The notes: generated by a model from the letters alone, not told the origin. Shown: positions 9,780 through 18,464, numbered from the stretch's first letter. The stretch: 32,000 bases of DNA from Crocosphaera subtropica ATCC 51142 (GCF_000017845.1 NC_010546.1:2280001-2312000); one strand, 5' to 3'. Numbers and translations are program-made.

Positions 9780-9810
9780 CCCTCTGCCTCCTCTGCTTTT
9801 CTGCTTACTC
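9780..9810. repeat. short dispersed spacer repeat, copy 1 (CCCTCTGCCTCCTCTGCTT core)
   Basis: The 19-nt core at 9780-9798 is identical to 19321-19339. The continuation CTGCTTAC is also shared (9801-9808 versus 19334-19341). Confidence 0.6.
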
Positions 9811-9906
9811 TACAGTAACGTTTATTTTTGTCCAGGTACTTAGATAAGGATACTTCCAAGAGAAAAATTTTTAAGAATAAACTGAATAAATATACTTGAA
9901 AAAAGA

Positions 9907-12510
9907 TTAAAAGGATAAAGGAATGGGTCTTTCAATACCATACCCTTGAGCATAATCAACCCCTATTTCTTCTAAAATTTGTAAAATTTCTTGGTCTTCA
10001 ACCCATTCTGCAACGGTTTCCATATTCATAACATGACCAATACGATGAAAACAATCAATAAGACCATAATTAACTGAATCTTTTGTCAAATTTTTAACAA
10101 AACTGCCATCAATTTTTAAATAATCAACGGGTAAATGTTTAAGATAAGACAAAGAACTCATACCACTTCCAAAATCATCGAGAGCAAAGTAACAACCTAG
10201 CCGTTTGATCGCTTCAATCAGTTGAACAGCTTCAGTAAGATTAGTAATAGCAGTGGTTTCTGTAATTTCAAAACATAGATGTTGTGGATTAACTTTATAG
10301 GAGGATAACTGTTCTTCTATAAAATGACAAAGTTGGCTATTTTTTAAACTAATGGCAGATAAATTAATAGTATATAAACTCTTAAACTCTGTTGTATCTA
10401 GATCAGGTTGTGTCTGATAAGCTTCACTATAAACTTTGAAAAAGTTACTAATTACCCATTGATCAATGTCTGCCATTAAATTATAGCGTTCAGCAGCTGG
10501 AATAAAAGCGAATGGAGAAACTAAATTGCCCGACTCATCCAATAATCTTAATAAAATTTCATGGTGAACTTTCTCAGGAGATTGGATAGAAATAATTTTC
10601 TGAGAATAAAGACGAAAACGGTTGTCAGTCAGTGCATTATTTAACCGAACAATCCATTGACTTTGACCAATTTGTTGAGTAACTTCATAATCACTATCTT
10701 GATAAACATAAACACAGTTTCTTCCCCTTTCTTTGGCTGCATAACAAGCAGCATCTGCTGCATTTAAGAAAGACGTAATGGTTTTAATGTCTTGATTAAT
10801 GGCAACAATTCCGATGCTAACACCGATGGAAAAAACTTGGTTATCCCAAGTAAATCGAAAGTTTTTAACTAATTGCCTCAAGTTATTGGCGATGGCCTCT
10901 GCTTTTTTAAGAGAACATCCTTTAAGTAATAAACCAAATTCGTCTCCTCCTAATCGTGCTAAAATATCACTACTACGAACCCTGGCCTGTAATAAATGAG
11001 TCACTTCTTTTAATAATTCATCCCCTGCCACATGACCACAAGTATCATTAATGACTTTAAATTGATCTAAATCTAAATAACATAAAATATGTTCGATGTT
11101 TTCGGATTTATAAGCCTCTAAAGCTAGGGTTAATTGCTTTTCTAATTCCCTACGATTAACTAATCCCGTTAAAGGGTCATGACTAGCTTCCCATGATAAT
11201 TGATGGGCTAATTGTGAGGCTTGAGTAATATCCCTAAAGATCAAAACAGTCCCTAATATTTGATAATTTTGTCCTCGAATGGGGGTAATAACCATATCGA
11301 TTTCATATTGCTCTCTATTTTTTGCCTGTAAAATACCTGTTCTTCTTTCTCTTTGATTTTGACTGCTTCTTAGCACTTCATAAATGGGATTATCTAGGGA
11401 ATTTCCTCCGTTATCTATGAGTTTAAAAATTTTAGAAATGGGTTGATAGATAGCTTCCTTAGTAGTCCATCCTGTTAGTTGCTGAGCAATGGGATTAAAG
11501 TCTTGAATAATGCCTTGGGAATCAGTGGTAATGACAGCTTCACCAATAGAGTTTAGGGTAACTTTTGCTAATTCTTTTTCTTCAAATAAAGCTCGTTCTA
11601 CTAATTTTCGTTCGGTAATATTTTCAATGGTTCCTAAAACCCCTACAATATTACCCTTACTATCTTTTATGGGAATTTTGTTGGTATTGTACCAAACCTC
11701 TTGTCCTTCTGGATTCCGTTTTTGCTCGACAAAATTTAATTGAGGTTTCCCTGTATTAATAACACGAAGATCCTGTTCTCGATAATAATTAAGATTATTA
11801 TTTGGGGGATCTAAATGTTTATTATTAGGGTCATTATAAATATCATAATCCGTCTTCCCTCTTACTTGTTCTGGGTCTACAATTCCAGCAGCTTTTGCCC
11901 ATAAACGATTACATCCTAAAAAAATGGAATTTGTATCTTTCCAAAAAATTAGTTGAGGAATATTATCTAAAACTAATTGTAAAAAGGCTTTTTTTTCTTT
12001 CAACTCTTGTTCGACTTGGTAGCGAATTGTAATATCACACCAAGATACCATTAGTAAGTTTTGGTTCCATTCTAAAGGTTGTAAGAATATACTAGCATAG
12101 AGATAATTATTATCTTGTTTTTTGAGTTTTACTTCATAGTTACCCTTTGATTTTTGTGTTTTTAATTGCTGAATTAATAATTCTTTTTGAGGACTTTCCT
12201 CACACAAATCTAGAAAGGAGAAGGTTAACAAACTTTCTAAAGAAAACCCTAATAAAGAAAGAGCTTTTGGGTTAGCATAATTGATGCTTCCGTTGATACT
12301 TTGTATTAAAAGAATCGGCACAGGAATGGTGTTAGAAAATTCCTGAAATTGTTGAATTGGATTAGAATTTTCTAAAATTGAAGGTTTATCAAGTAAAGAA
12401 ATTAATTCTTCTAAAACTGCTGATTCAATTTTTCCCGATGCTTGGCAATATTGATCTAACTTTTGCCAAGTTTTTCGGTTAATATTAATGCTGACAGATT
12501 TCTCATTCAT
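9907..12510 (-). CDS. multi-PAS diguanylate cyclase/phosphodiesterase (GGDEF + EAL) signalling protein
   Basis: GGDEF motif LARLGGDEFGLLL (nt 10936-10950) with an RxxD I-site (RSSD) five residues upstream. EAL-domain motifs HHEILLRL, FEITETTAI, ALDDFGSGMSSLSYL, KIDGSFV, AEWVEDQE and AQGYGIERP. About three PAS-like segments precede the GGDEF domain. Confidence 0.9.
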   Translation of the reverse strand: MNEKSVSININRKTWQKLDQYCQASGKIESAVLEELISLLDKPSILENSNPIQQFQEFSNTIPVPILLIQSINGSINYANPKALSLLGFSLESLLTFSFLDLCEESPQKELLIQQLKTQKSKGNYEVKLKKQDNNYLYASIFLQPLEWNQNLLMVSWCDITIRYQVEQELKEKKAFLQLVLDNIPQLIFWKDTNSIFLGCNRLWAKAAGIVDPEQVRGKTDYDIYNDPNNKHLDPPNNNLNYYREQDLRVINTGKPQLNFVEQKRNPEGQEVWYNTNKIPIKDSKGNIVGVLGTIENITERKLVERALFEEKELAKVTLNSIGEAVITTDSQGIIQDFNPIAQQLTGWTTKEAIYQPISKIFKLIDNGGNSLDNPIYEVLRSSQNQRERRTGILQAKNREQYEIDMVITPIRGQNYQILGTVLIFRDITQASQLAHQLSWEASHDPLTGLVNRRELEKQLTLALEAYKSENIEHILCYLDLDQFKVINDTCGHVAGDELLKEVTHLLQARVRSSDILARLGGDEFGLLLKGCSLKKAEAIANNLRQLVKNFRFTWDNQVFSIGVSIGIVAINQDIKTITSFLNAADAACYAAKERGRNCVYVYQDSDYEVTQQIGQSQWIVRLNNALTDNRFRLYSQKIISIQSPEKVHHEILLRLLDESGNLVSPFAFIPAAERYNLMADIDQWVISNFFKVYSEAYQTQPDLDTTEFKSLYTINLSAISLKNSQLCHFIEEQLSSYKVNPQHLCFEITETTAITNLTEAVQLIEAIKRLGCYFALDDFGSGMSSLSYLKHLPVDYLKIDGSFVKNLTKDSVNYGLIDCFHRIGHVMNMETVAEWVEDQEILQILEEIGVDYAQGYGIERPIPLSF

Positions 12511-12879
12511 AACTAGATTTTAACATTTAGAAAATCAGCAGTTGTTTGCCAATTCGTCTATTCAAATGATAACTATTTATCGGATTATAGGCGAATAAAT
12601 TAACTCTGTTATAACTTACCGTAACTGTATTGTCACTGTTTATGTTCTCAAAGAGAATTATTTACAGTCTTATTTTACTGAGGCAGACAGAAGACATAAG
12701 ATAAATGTTCCGTCTCCCGTCATAACTTGCAAAGTGTAGGGAGTTCGTTTACAAATATTTATATATTAAATTCATGAAACCTATAATTGTTTCTTGTTAA
12801 GCTTTATGGAAACGTTGTACCTTATGTTAAACCGCCTAATCTAACCTTAGTTAAGTATGAGGAGATAGAAGAGAAGTCT

Positions 12880-14742
12880 ATGAATTATCACACCTTTGAT
12901 CCTCTCAACACTAATACAATATCCCCTATTTTAACCTGTCTTACGGATATTTATAAACGCTATCAACCCATCAATGAAGGCAATGTTGCTACTTATATCC
13001 CAGAACTAGCGAAAGCGAATCCTGATCTGTTTGGCATTTGTATTACCACCCCAGATGGACAAATTTATCAAGTGGGTGAATCTCAACATTCCTTTACCAT
13101 TCAATCCATTTCTAAACCCTTTGTCTATGGGTTAGCTTTAGGGGATCATGGAGTCGAGAAAATCATGAGTAAAGTAGGAGTAGAACCCACCGGAGAAGCG
13201 TTTAACTCCATCGTTTTTGATGAAGAAAATAACCGTCCTTATAATCCGATGGTCAATGCAGGGGCGATCGCTACTACGGCTTTAATTAAAGGAGAAGGGT
13301 ATGAACAACGGTTTAACCGTATTTTATCCATGTTTGAAGGGTTCGCAGGACGTTCTTTAACCGTTGATGAAGCCGTGTTTGAGTCCGAAAGGTCAACGGG
13401 CCACCGCAATCGGGCCATCGCCTATTTAGAGTTAAATGCAGGGATGTTAGAAGGCAACCTAGAGGAACATCTTGACCTCTATTTTCGCCAATGTTCTATT
13501 TTAGTGACAGCCAAAGATTTAGCGGTAATGGCCGCAACCTTAGCCAATAATGGTATTAACCCCATTACCCAACAACAAGCGGTTAACCCAGAGGAAGTCC
13601 GTGCCATTCTCAGCGTCATGGCCAGTTGTGGAATGTACGATTTTTCGGGAGAATGGCTCTATCGCATCGGTTTACCGGCTAAAAGTGGGGTAGGAGGCGG
13701 TATTATTGCCGTTTTACCGGGTCAGTTTGGCATTGGAACGTTTTCACCCCTTTTAGATCCTAGGGGTAATAGTGTCCGAGGAATTAAAGTGTGTGAGGAA
13801 CTGTCCCAACGGTTTAAGTTTCATTTATTTGATAGTCATCCTGTTTCCCAAACTTGCGTCAGTCGCACCTATACTGGGGCGATGGTATCTTCAAGACGAC
13901 AAAGACGAGCATTTCAAAGGGATTTTTTAGATCAAGCAGGGGAGAAAATTTTAGTTTACGAACTCAAAGGGGATCTTTATTTTGCCACCCTAGAAAAGTT
14001 AACCCGTCAGCTACAAAGTAACCAACAAACCGCTAAATTTATTGTTCTAGATGGTCGTCGGGTGGGTAATGTGAATAGTAGTGCCATTACCTTACTTTCG
14101 GAAATTAAACAATGGTGTTTAAGTCAAGAAATTACCTTGATGTTGACAGGATTTGAGCCAAAAACAACGGTAAGACTTAAAGCTAATGGTTGGACAGATG
14201 AAGGGTTTGTGGACAATATTGATACAGCCTTAGAATGGTGTGAAAATTGTTTATTAGCGGAGCAAGATTACCAAGATATAACGGTTAAAGATCAGTTGTC
14301 ATTAGAAGAGATGGATATCTTTAAAGCATTTACAGCCGAAGAAATGACAGCGATCGCTCCTTTATTTTCTGAGGTTTCCTATCAACCTAAGGACTTTATT
14401 ATTCGGGAAGGAGAAAAAAGCGATCGTTTATTTTTGTTAGCTAAAGGAATGACAACGGTTTCGTTACAACTGTCTCAAACAGAACAAAGAAAACGCTTAA
14501 CTACCTATATTCCTGGGATTGCTTTTGGAGAATTAGCCCTTTTTGATATTAACGTGAGTCAAAGAACGGCTGATATTGTGGCAGATACTGAAGTCATTTG
14601 TTATGTTTTAGAATTCGATAGATTAAAGACTTTACTGAAGACAAAACCTGAAGTTTATATCAAGCTACTGCAAACCTTTGGAAAAACCCTTGTTAATACC
14701 ATTAAACGGGCAACCTTAGAAATTCGTAGTTTATCTGTTTAA
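12880..14742 (+). CDS. glsA: glutaminase A fused to a STAS domain and a cyclic-nucleotide-binding (CAP/CNB) domain
   Basis: Glutaminase core with the Ser-x-x-Lys motif TIQSISKPF, plus NPMVNAGAI and GLPAKSGVGGGI. STAS-like segment at about 13945-14245 (KILVYELKGDLYFAT...VLDGRRV...). CNB domain at about 14302-14700 with phosphate-binding cassette FGELAL...QRTA (14524-14571). I prefer ATG 12880 (GGAG 15-20 nt upstream) over the TTG at 12787 given in the ORF track. Confidence 0.88.
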   Translation: MNYHTFDPLNTNTISPILTCLTDIYKRYQPINEGNVATYIPELAKANPDLFGICITTPDGQIYQVGESQHSFTIQSISKPFVYGLALGDHGVEKIMSKVGVEPTGEAFNSIVFDEENNRPYNPMVNAGAIATTALIKGEGYEQRFNRILSMFEGFAGRSLTVDEAVFESERSTGHRNRAIAYLELNAGMLEGNLEEHLDLYFRQCSILVTAKDLAVMAATLANNGINPITQQQAVNPEEVRAILSVMASCGMYDFSGEWLYRIGLPAKSGVGGGIIAVLPGQFGIGTFSPLLDPRGNSVRGIKVCEELSQRFKFHLFDSHPVSQTCVSRTYTGAMVSSRRQRRAFQRDFLDQAGEKILVYELKGDLYFATLEKLTRQLQSNQQTAKFIVLDGRRVGNVNSSAITLLSEIKQWCLSQEITLMLTGFEPKTTVRLKANGWTDEGFVDNIDTALEWCENCLLAEQDYQDITVKDQLSLEEMDIFKAFTAEEMTAIAPLFSEVSYQPKDFIIREGEKSDRLFLLAKGMTTVSLQLSQTEQRKRLTTYIPGIAFGELALFDINVSQRTADIVADTEVICYVLEFDRLKTLLKTKPEVYIKLLQTFGKTLVNTIKRATLEIRSLSV

Positions 14743-14978
14743 TTATTATTGATGAGAGAACGAGTTAGAAAATTATTTTATTATTACCCTGTAAACCTTG
14801 GGCATTAATTTAAGTTCTCTTTTCTTTAAACTAAACCGTTTACCAACTTCCTTGGTTTCAAAATAATTGAATTTTTGTTAAGATAATTGACTTTTTAAAT
14901 TAATCTGCTTATCTTATAGGGAGTAATTATTATTTTAAAATTAGACATATTCTAGTTGTTGTTCACCCCATTCAACTT

Positions 14979-15731
14979 ATGAAAAAAAGCTCAACTTTAA
15001 ACCCTTGGCAAAAACTTAGTTTGTTCCTTTCTCTTCTCGTTTTAGGCGTTTCTTTTCCCTTATTACCGACCCTATCTTCTCCCTTATTAAATCGTTCTAT
15101 TCTTAGCTTAAATTTTCCCGATACCGGTGATAGAGGGGCTCCGAAAAAAAGCGCAGGAGGAGGAACCCGTAGTGACGATGAAACCTGTTTAACGAATGAA
15201 GAGAATGAACCCCCCTTAGTTGTTTTGATGCCAAACCGAGAAAATAAAGGAAAAACTGCCAGCGATACCCCAACCTTTTATGGCTATATCCCTACCACAA
15301 CTGCAACCCAAGGGGAATTTGTTTTAGTTGATGCAGATAATAATGAAGTGTATTATACTCAATTTCCTTTACCTTCAACCCCAGGGATTATTAAGCTAGA
15401 AATTCCCAAAACAGTAGCCTTAAAACCCGGTAGTTATAATTGGTCATTGATGGTTATTTGTGATTCTCGTTATCGAAATCGAGATAAATATGTAGAGGGT
15501 TCTTTGGAATATGTTGATCTCGCCCAAGGATTGGAAAATGAAAATCAAGCGCAACCTTCCTTAGAAAAAGCCCAAGTTTATGCTGATGCGAGTCTCTGGT
15601 TTGAAACCCTTGACACCTTAGCTCAAATAAAAGAAGAAAATCCCCAAGAATGGCAAGAACTTTTAACCTCAGTGGGGTTAGAAATGTTAGCAGAAGTTCC
15701 TATGGTTGATTGTTGTCAATCTGATAATTAA
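14979..15731 (+). CDS. secreted DUF928-family protein (cyanobacterial)
   Basis: The N-terminal hydrophobic signal-like segment is followed by the DUF928-like pattern GDRGAPKKSAGGGTRSD..C...LVVLMP...TPTFYGYIP...GEFVLVD...PGSYNWSLMVICD...YADASLWFETLDTLA...WQELLTSVGL. The assignment is from remembered family consensus. Confidence 0.75.
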   Translation: MKKSSTLNPWQKLSLFLSLLVLGVSFPLLPTLSSPLLNRSILSLNFPDTGDRGAPKKSAGGGTRSDDETCLTNEENEPPLVVLMPNRENKGKTASDTPTFYGYIPTTTATQGEFVLVDADNNEVYYTQFPLPSTPGIIKLEIPKTVALKPGSYNWSLMVICDSRYRNRDKYVEGSLEYVDLAQGLENENQAQPSLEKAQVYADASLWFETLDTLAQIKEENPQEWQELLTSVGLEMLAEVPMVDCCQSDN

Positions 15732-16174
15732 TAAGAATAAGTTGGGTTTCTTAATAAAACCAGAGAGGATTTTTGAAAGATAAACTCACCATAGTCTGCT
15801 AAATCATCAAGACCAAGAAAATTAAGTACAATTTCGGTGATTAAAGTCATGAATATATATAGAAGTAACTTTTTCCATTTAACTTGCATTGTTTTAATCT
15901 CCGCACTCTTATCAGATGTTTTTGGGGGTTCATTATATTCATAGGTTTGACTGCGGGGATCTTATGCACAAAAAAATAACTCTGAGAATGAGGACAGTTG
16001 GCAACTTTGTCAGCTACAAAAAGTGATCCTTTGAAGCAATCGGTAATGGGGAACAGATAATTAAACTAGGGTATAGTTTAACGACTTGCAAAGTGCTGTA
16101 TGAAGAATTAACAGAAATTTCGGTAAAGATCGGTTTAAAATAAGCTAACGATCATTAAGTTTTCTTCAATCTTT

Positions 16175-18418
16175 ATGTGGGAAGGGTTAAAACATTTTTT
16201 CTGGCAAACCCGTGGGGTGTGGATTACAATACCAACTGTCGCAGGATTGGTTATCCTGTTACGGTTAGGAGGAGTATTACAAGGATGGGAATGGGACTTA
16301 TTTGATTTTTATATGAAATCTCGCCCCCCAGAAACGAAAGATGATCGCATTGCTATTGTTGGCATTAATGAAAATGACTTACACCGACGCAACGAGTCCA
16401 TTATTAGTGATCAAGTCTTAGGGGAATTACTCAATAAATTAAAAGCCCAAAACCCTCGTGCTATTGGCTTAGATATTTATCGAGATTTACCCGTTCCTCC
16501 AGGCCATGACACATTAGTGGAGGTCTTCGAGACAACCCCCAATCTTGTCGGTATCCAAAAAGTCGCCGGGGAAGTGGGATGGGAAACCGTTGCACCGCCC
16601 CCCATTTTAAAAGAAAAAGGTCAAGTGGGGGCTAATGACTTAATTTTTGATGGAGATAACCGAGTGAGACGGGGGTTAATTTCCTTAGATACCGAAGACG
16701 GAGAAACGGTTTATAGTTTTGGCCTTCATCTCGCTTTACATTACCTCGATCAAGAAGGCATTGGCCCGGAAATGATCCCAGGAACCGATCAATGGAAACT
16801 CGGAAAAACCCTGTTTTCTCCCCTCAACCCCAACGATGGGGGTTACGTTCGCACCGATGCAGGAGGTTATCAACTATTAATTAATTATCGGGGAGGGGAT
16901 GGCACCTTTGAAACCGTGTCTATGACCGATATTCTCGATAATAAGGTTCCTGCGGATTGGGCCAGCGATCGCATTATTATTATCGGTAAAGTAGGAGAAA
17001 GCTTCAAAGACCTTTTTTTTACTCCTTATAGTAGTGGTTTAATTGGCTTACCTGAACCCGTGGCCGGGGCTGAAATTCACGCTAATTTAGTCAGTCAAAT
17101 TCTAAGCGCATCCTTAGAAGATCGTCCCTTGTTTAAAACCTGGTCAGACCCTCTAGAATGGCTGTGGATCGTCTTTTGGGCAGGGATGGGGGCTACTTTA
17201 ACCTGGACGTTTCGCTACCAGCAGGGGTCAAAAAACGCCTCGCTGAAGCGATGGATTGGTATTTTCGGGGTAGGCATGATTTTAATCGGTAGTACCTATG
17301 TTGCCTTCCTTGAAGGGTGGTGGCTTCCCGTTGTTCCGCCATTTTTGGCCTTTTTGGGGTCAACCATGGCCATCACTGCCTATATTGCCCGTACTGCGGC
17401 CGATATTCGCAAAACCTTTGGTCGCTATCTAACGGATCAAGTGGTAGCTAATTTGTTAGAAAATCCTCAAGGCTTATCCTTGGGAGGAGAACGAAGAAAG
17501 ATCACGATTTTAACCTCAGATTTGCGAGGATTTACTGCAACCTCTGAACGATTACCCCCTGAAGAAGTGGTGAAAATTCTTAACTTTTATTTGGGGAAAA
17601 TGGCTGATGTTATCACTGAATATGAAGGGACGATTGATGAGTTTATGGGGGATGGTATCTTAGTATTATTTGGTGCGCCTACTGCCCAAGATAATGACGC
17701 TCAACGGGCGATCGCTTGTGCCGTTGCCATGCAGTTAGCCATGAAATCTGTTAACGAACAGATGAAACAATGGGATTTACCTAAACTAGAGATGGGAATT
17801 GGTATTAATACAGGGGAGGTGGTTGTGGGTAATATTGGTTCAGAAAAACGGACAAAATATGGGGTAGTCGGTTCTCAAGTTAATTTAACCTATCGCGTGG
17901 AATCTTATACCCTCGGAGGACAAATTTTGATAGCTGAGGCCACGTTAAAGGAAGCAGGATCAATGGTTGTCATTGAATCAGAAAAACAGGTACAACCCAA
18001 AGGGGTTCAAGAACCCATTTCGATTTACGAAGTGGGAGGAATTAAGGGAAATTATAATTTATTTTTAGCAAAACAAGAAGAAATTTTTGTCAAAATACCT
18101 CAACCTTTATCGCTTCAATATAGTATTTTGGATGGAAAAAATGTTGCTGATATTAAGTATCATGGTAAGTTAGTAGAATTATCAGCAAATGGGGGGATAA
18201 TTGATTATGATCACGATGATGCTCAAGGTTTGATCTCAGGAATGACTAACATTAAGTGTAATTTATTCAGTTCCGAAACCTCTGAATTAATTAGTGACGA
18301 TATTTATGCTAAGGTTCTAGATAAATCTAATAAAAATGGAGGGTTTTATATTCGTTTTACGGCTAAACCTCCTAACATTACTAAACAATTAGAAGAAATT
18401 TATCAAAGTCTCATCTAA
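16175..18418 (+). CDS. CHASE2 sensor-domain class III nucleotide cyclase (Cya2-like; specificity residues suggest guanylate cyclase)
   Basis: N-terminal TM segment. CHASE2-type region (DDRIAIVGINENDL...PRAIGLDIYRDLP). Three TM segments at about aa 327-405. Cyclase homology domain with metal Asp residues in ILTSDLRGFT and FMGDGILVLFGAP, and transition-state Asn/Arg in VNLTYRVES. A roughly 125-aa C-terminal extension follows. Confidence 0.9.
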   Translation: MWEGLKHFFWQTRGVWITIPTVAGLVILLRLGGVLQGWEWDLFDFYMKSRPPETKDDRIAIVGINENDLHRRNESIISDQVLGELLNKLKAQNPRAIGLDIYRDLPVPPGHDTLVEVFETTPNLVGIQKVAGEVGWETVAPPPILKEKGQVGANDLIFDGDNRVRRGLISLDTEDGETVYSFGLHLALHYLDQEGIGPEMIPGTDQWKLGKTLFSPLNPNDGGYVRTDAGGYQLLINYRGGDGTFETVSMTDILDNKVPADWASDRIIIIGKVGESFKDLFFTPYSSGLIGLPEPVAGAEIHANLVSQILSASLEDRPLFKTWSDPLEWLWIVFWAGMGATLTWTFRYQQGSKNASLKRWIGIFGVGMILIGSTYVAFLEGWWLPVVPPFLAFLGSTMAITAYIARTAADIRKTFGRYLTDQVVANLLENPQGLSLGGERRKITILTSDLRGFTATSERLPPEEVVKILNFYLGKMADVITEYEGTIDEFMGDGILVLFGAPTAQDNDAQRAIACAVAMQLAMKSVNEQMKQWDLPKLEMGIGINTGEVVVGNIGSEKRTKYGVVGSQVNLTYRVESYTLGGQILIAEATLKEAGSMVVIESEKQVQPKGVQEPISIYEVGGIKGNYNLFLAKQEEIFVKIPQPLSLQYSILDGKNVADIKYHGKLVELSANGGIIDYDHDDAQGLISGMTNIKCNLFSSETSELISDDIYAKVLDKSNKNGGFYIRFTAKPPNITKQLEEIYQSLI

Positions 18419-18464
18419 AATTGTAGATTATTCTTTTTATCATTTACGAATTATTATATATATT

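Noticed and set aside
5944-11743. Plus-strand ORFs opposite tpsA (5944..6129, 6454..6669), tpsB (7990..8247, 8821..9081) and the GGDEF-EAL gene (10799..10999, 11510..11743)
   Set aside because: All are embedded antisense in long, well-supported genes. They are short and lack recognisable motifs.
12725-12736. 12-mer ACTTGCAAAGTG shared upstream of the glutaminase fusion (12725-12736) and the CHASE2 cyclase (16084-16095), as a possible common operator
   Set aside because: By a rough estimate, a single exact 12-mer match between two places in 32 kb of AT-rich DNA is expected by chance many times over. The distances to the start codons also differ. It is worth checking only if it is conserved in orthologous spacers.
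12787-12879. TTG-initiated 31-codon N-terminal extension of the glutaminase ORF, as given in the track
   Set aside because: The extension (MFLVKLYGNVVPYVKPPNLTLVKYEEIEEKS) is not glutaminase-like. ATG 12880 has a GGAG upstream and begins the conserved region, so I used 12880.
12511-12879. Looked for a glutamine riboswitch (glnA motif) or an NtcA site (GTA-N8-TAC) upstream of the glutaminase gene
   Set aside because: No GTA-N8-TAC was found; the closest is GTA-N11-TAC at 12736-12752. I could not match the riboswitch consensus from memory with any confidence. A covariance-model scan (Rfam glnA, Downstream-peptide) would be decisive.
15722-15944. Small ORFs in the DUF928/cyclase spacer: minus 15722..15850 (MTLITEIVLNFLGLDDLADYGEF..., 42 aa) and plus 15849..15944 (MNIYRSNFFHLTCIVLISALLSDVFGGSLYS, 31 aa)
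   Set aside because: There is no SD and no recognisable motif, and one overlaps the DUF928 stop. I cannot support them without conservation or translation data.
18035-18418. PilZ (c-di-GMP receptor) assignment for the cyclase C-terminal extension, prompted by VELSANGG resembling the (D/N)xSxxG motif
   Set aside because: The obligatory upstream RxxxR motif is absent, and the first motif position is Glu rather than Asp/Asn. The similarity is too weak to call.
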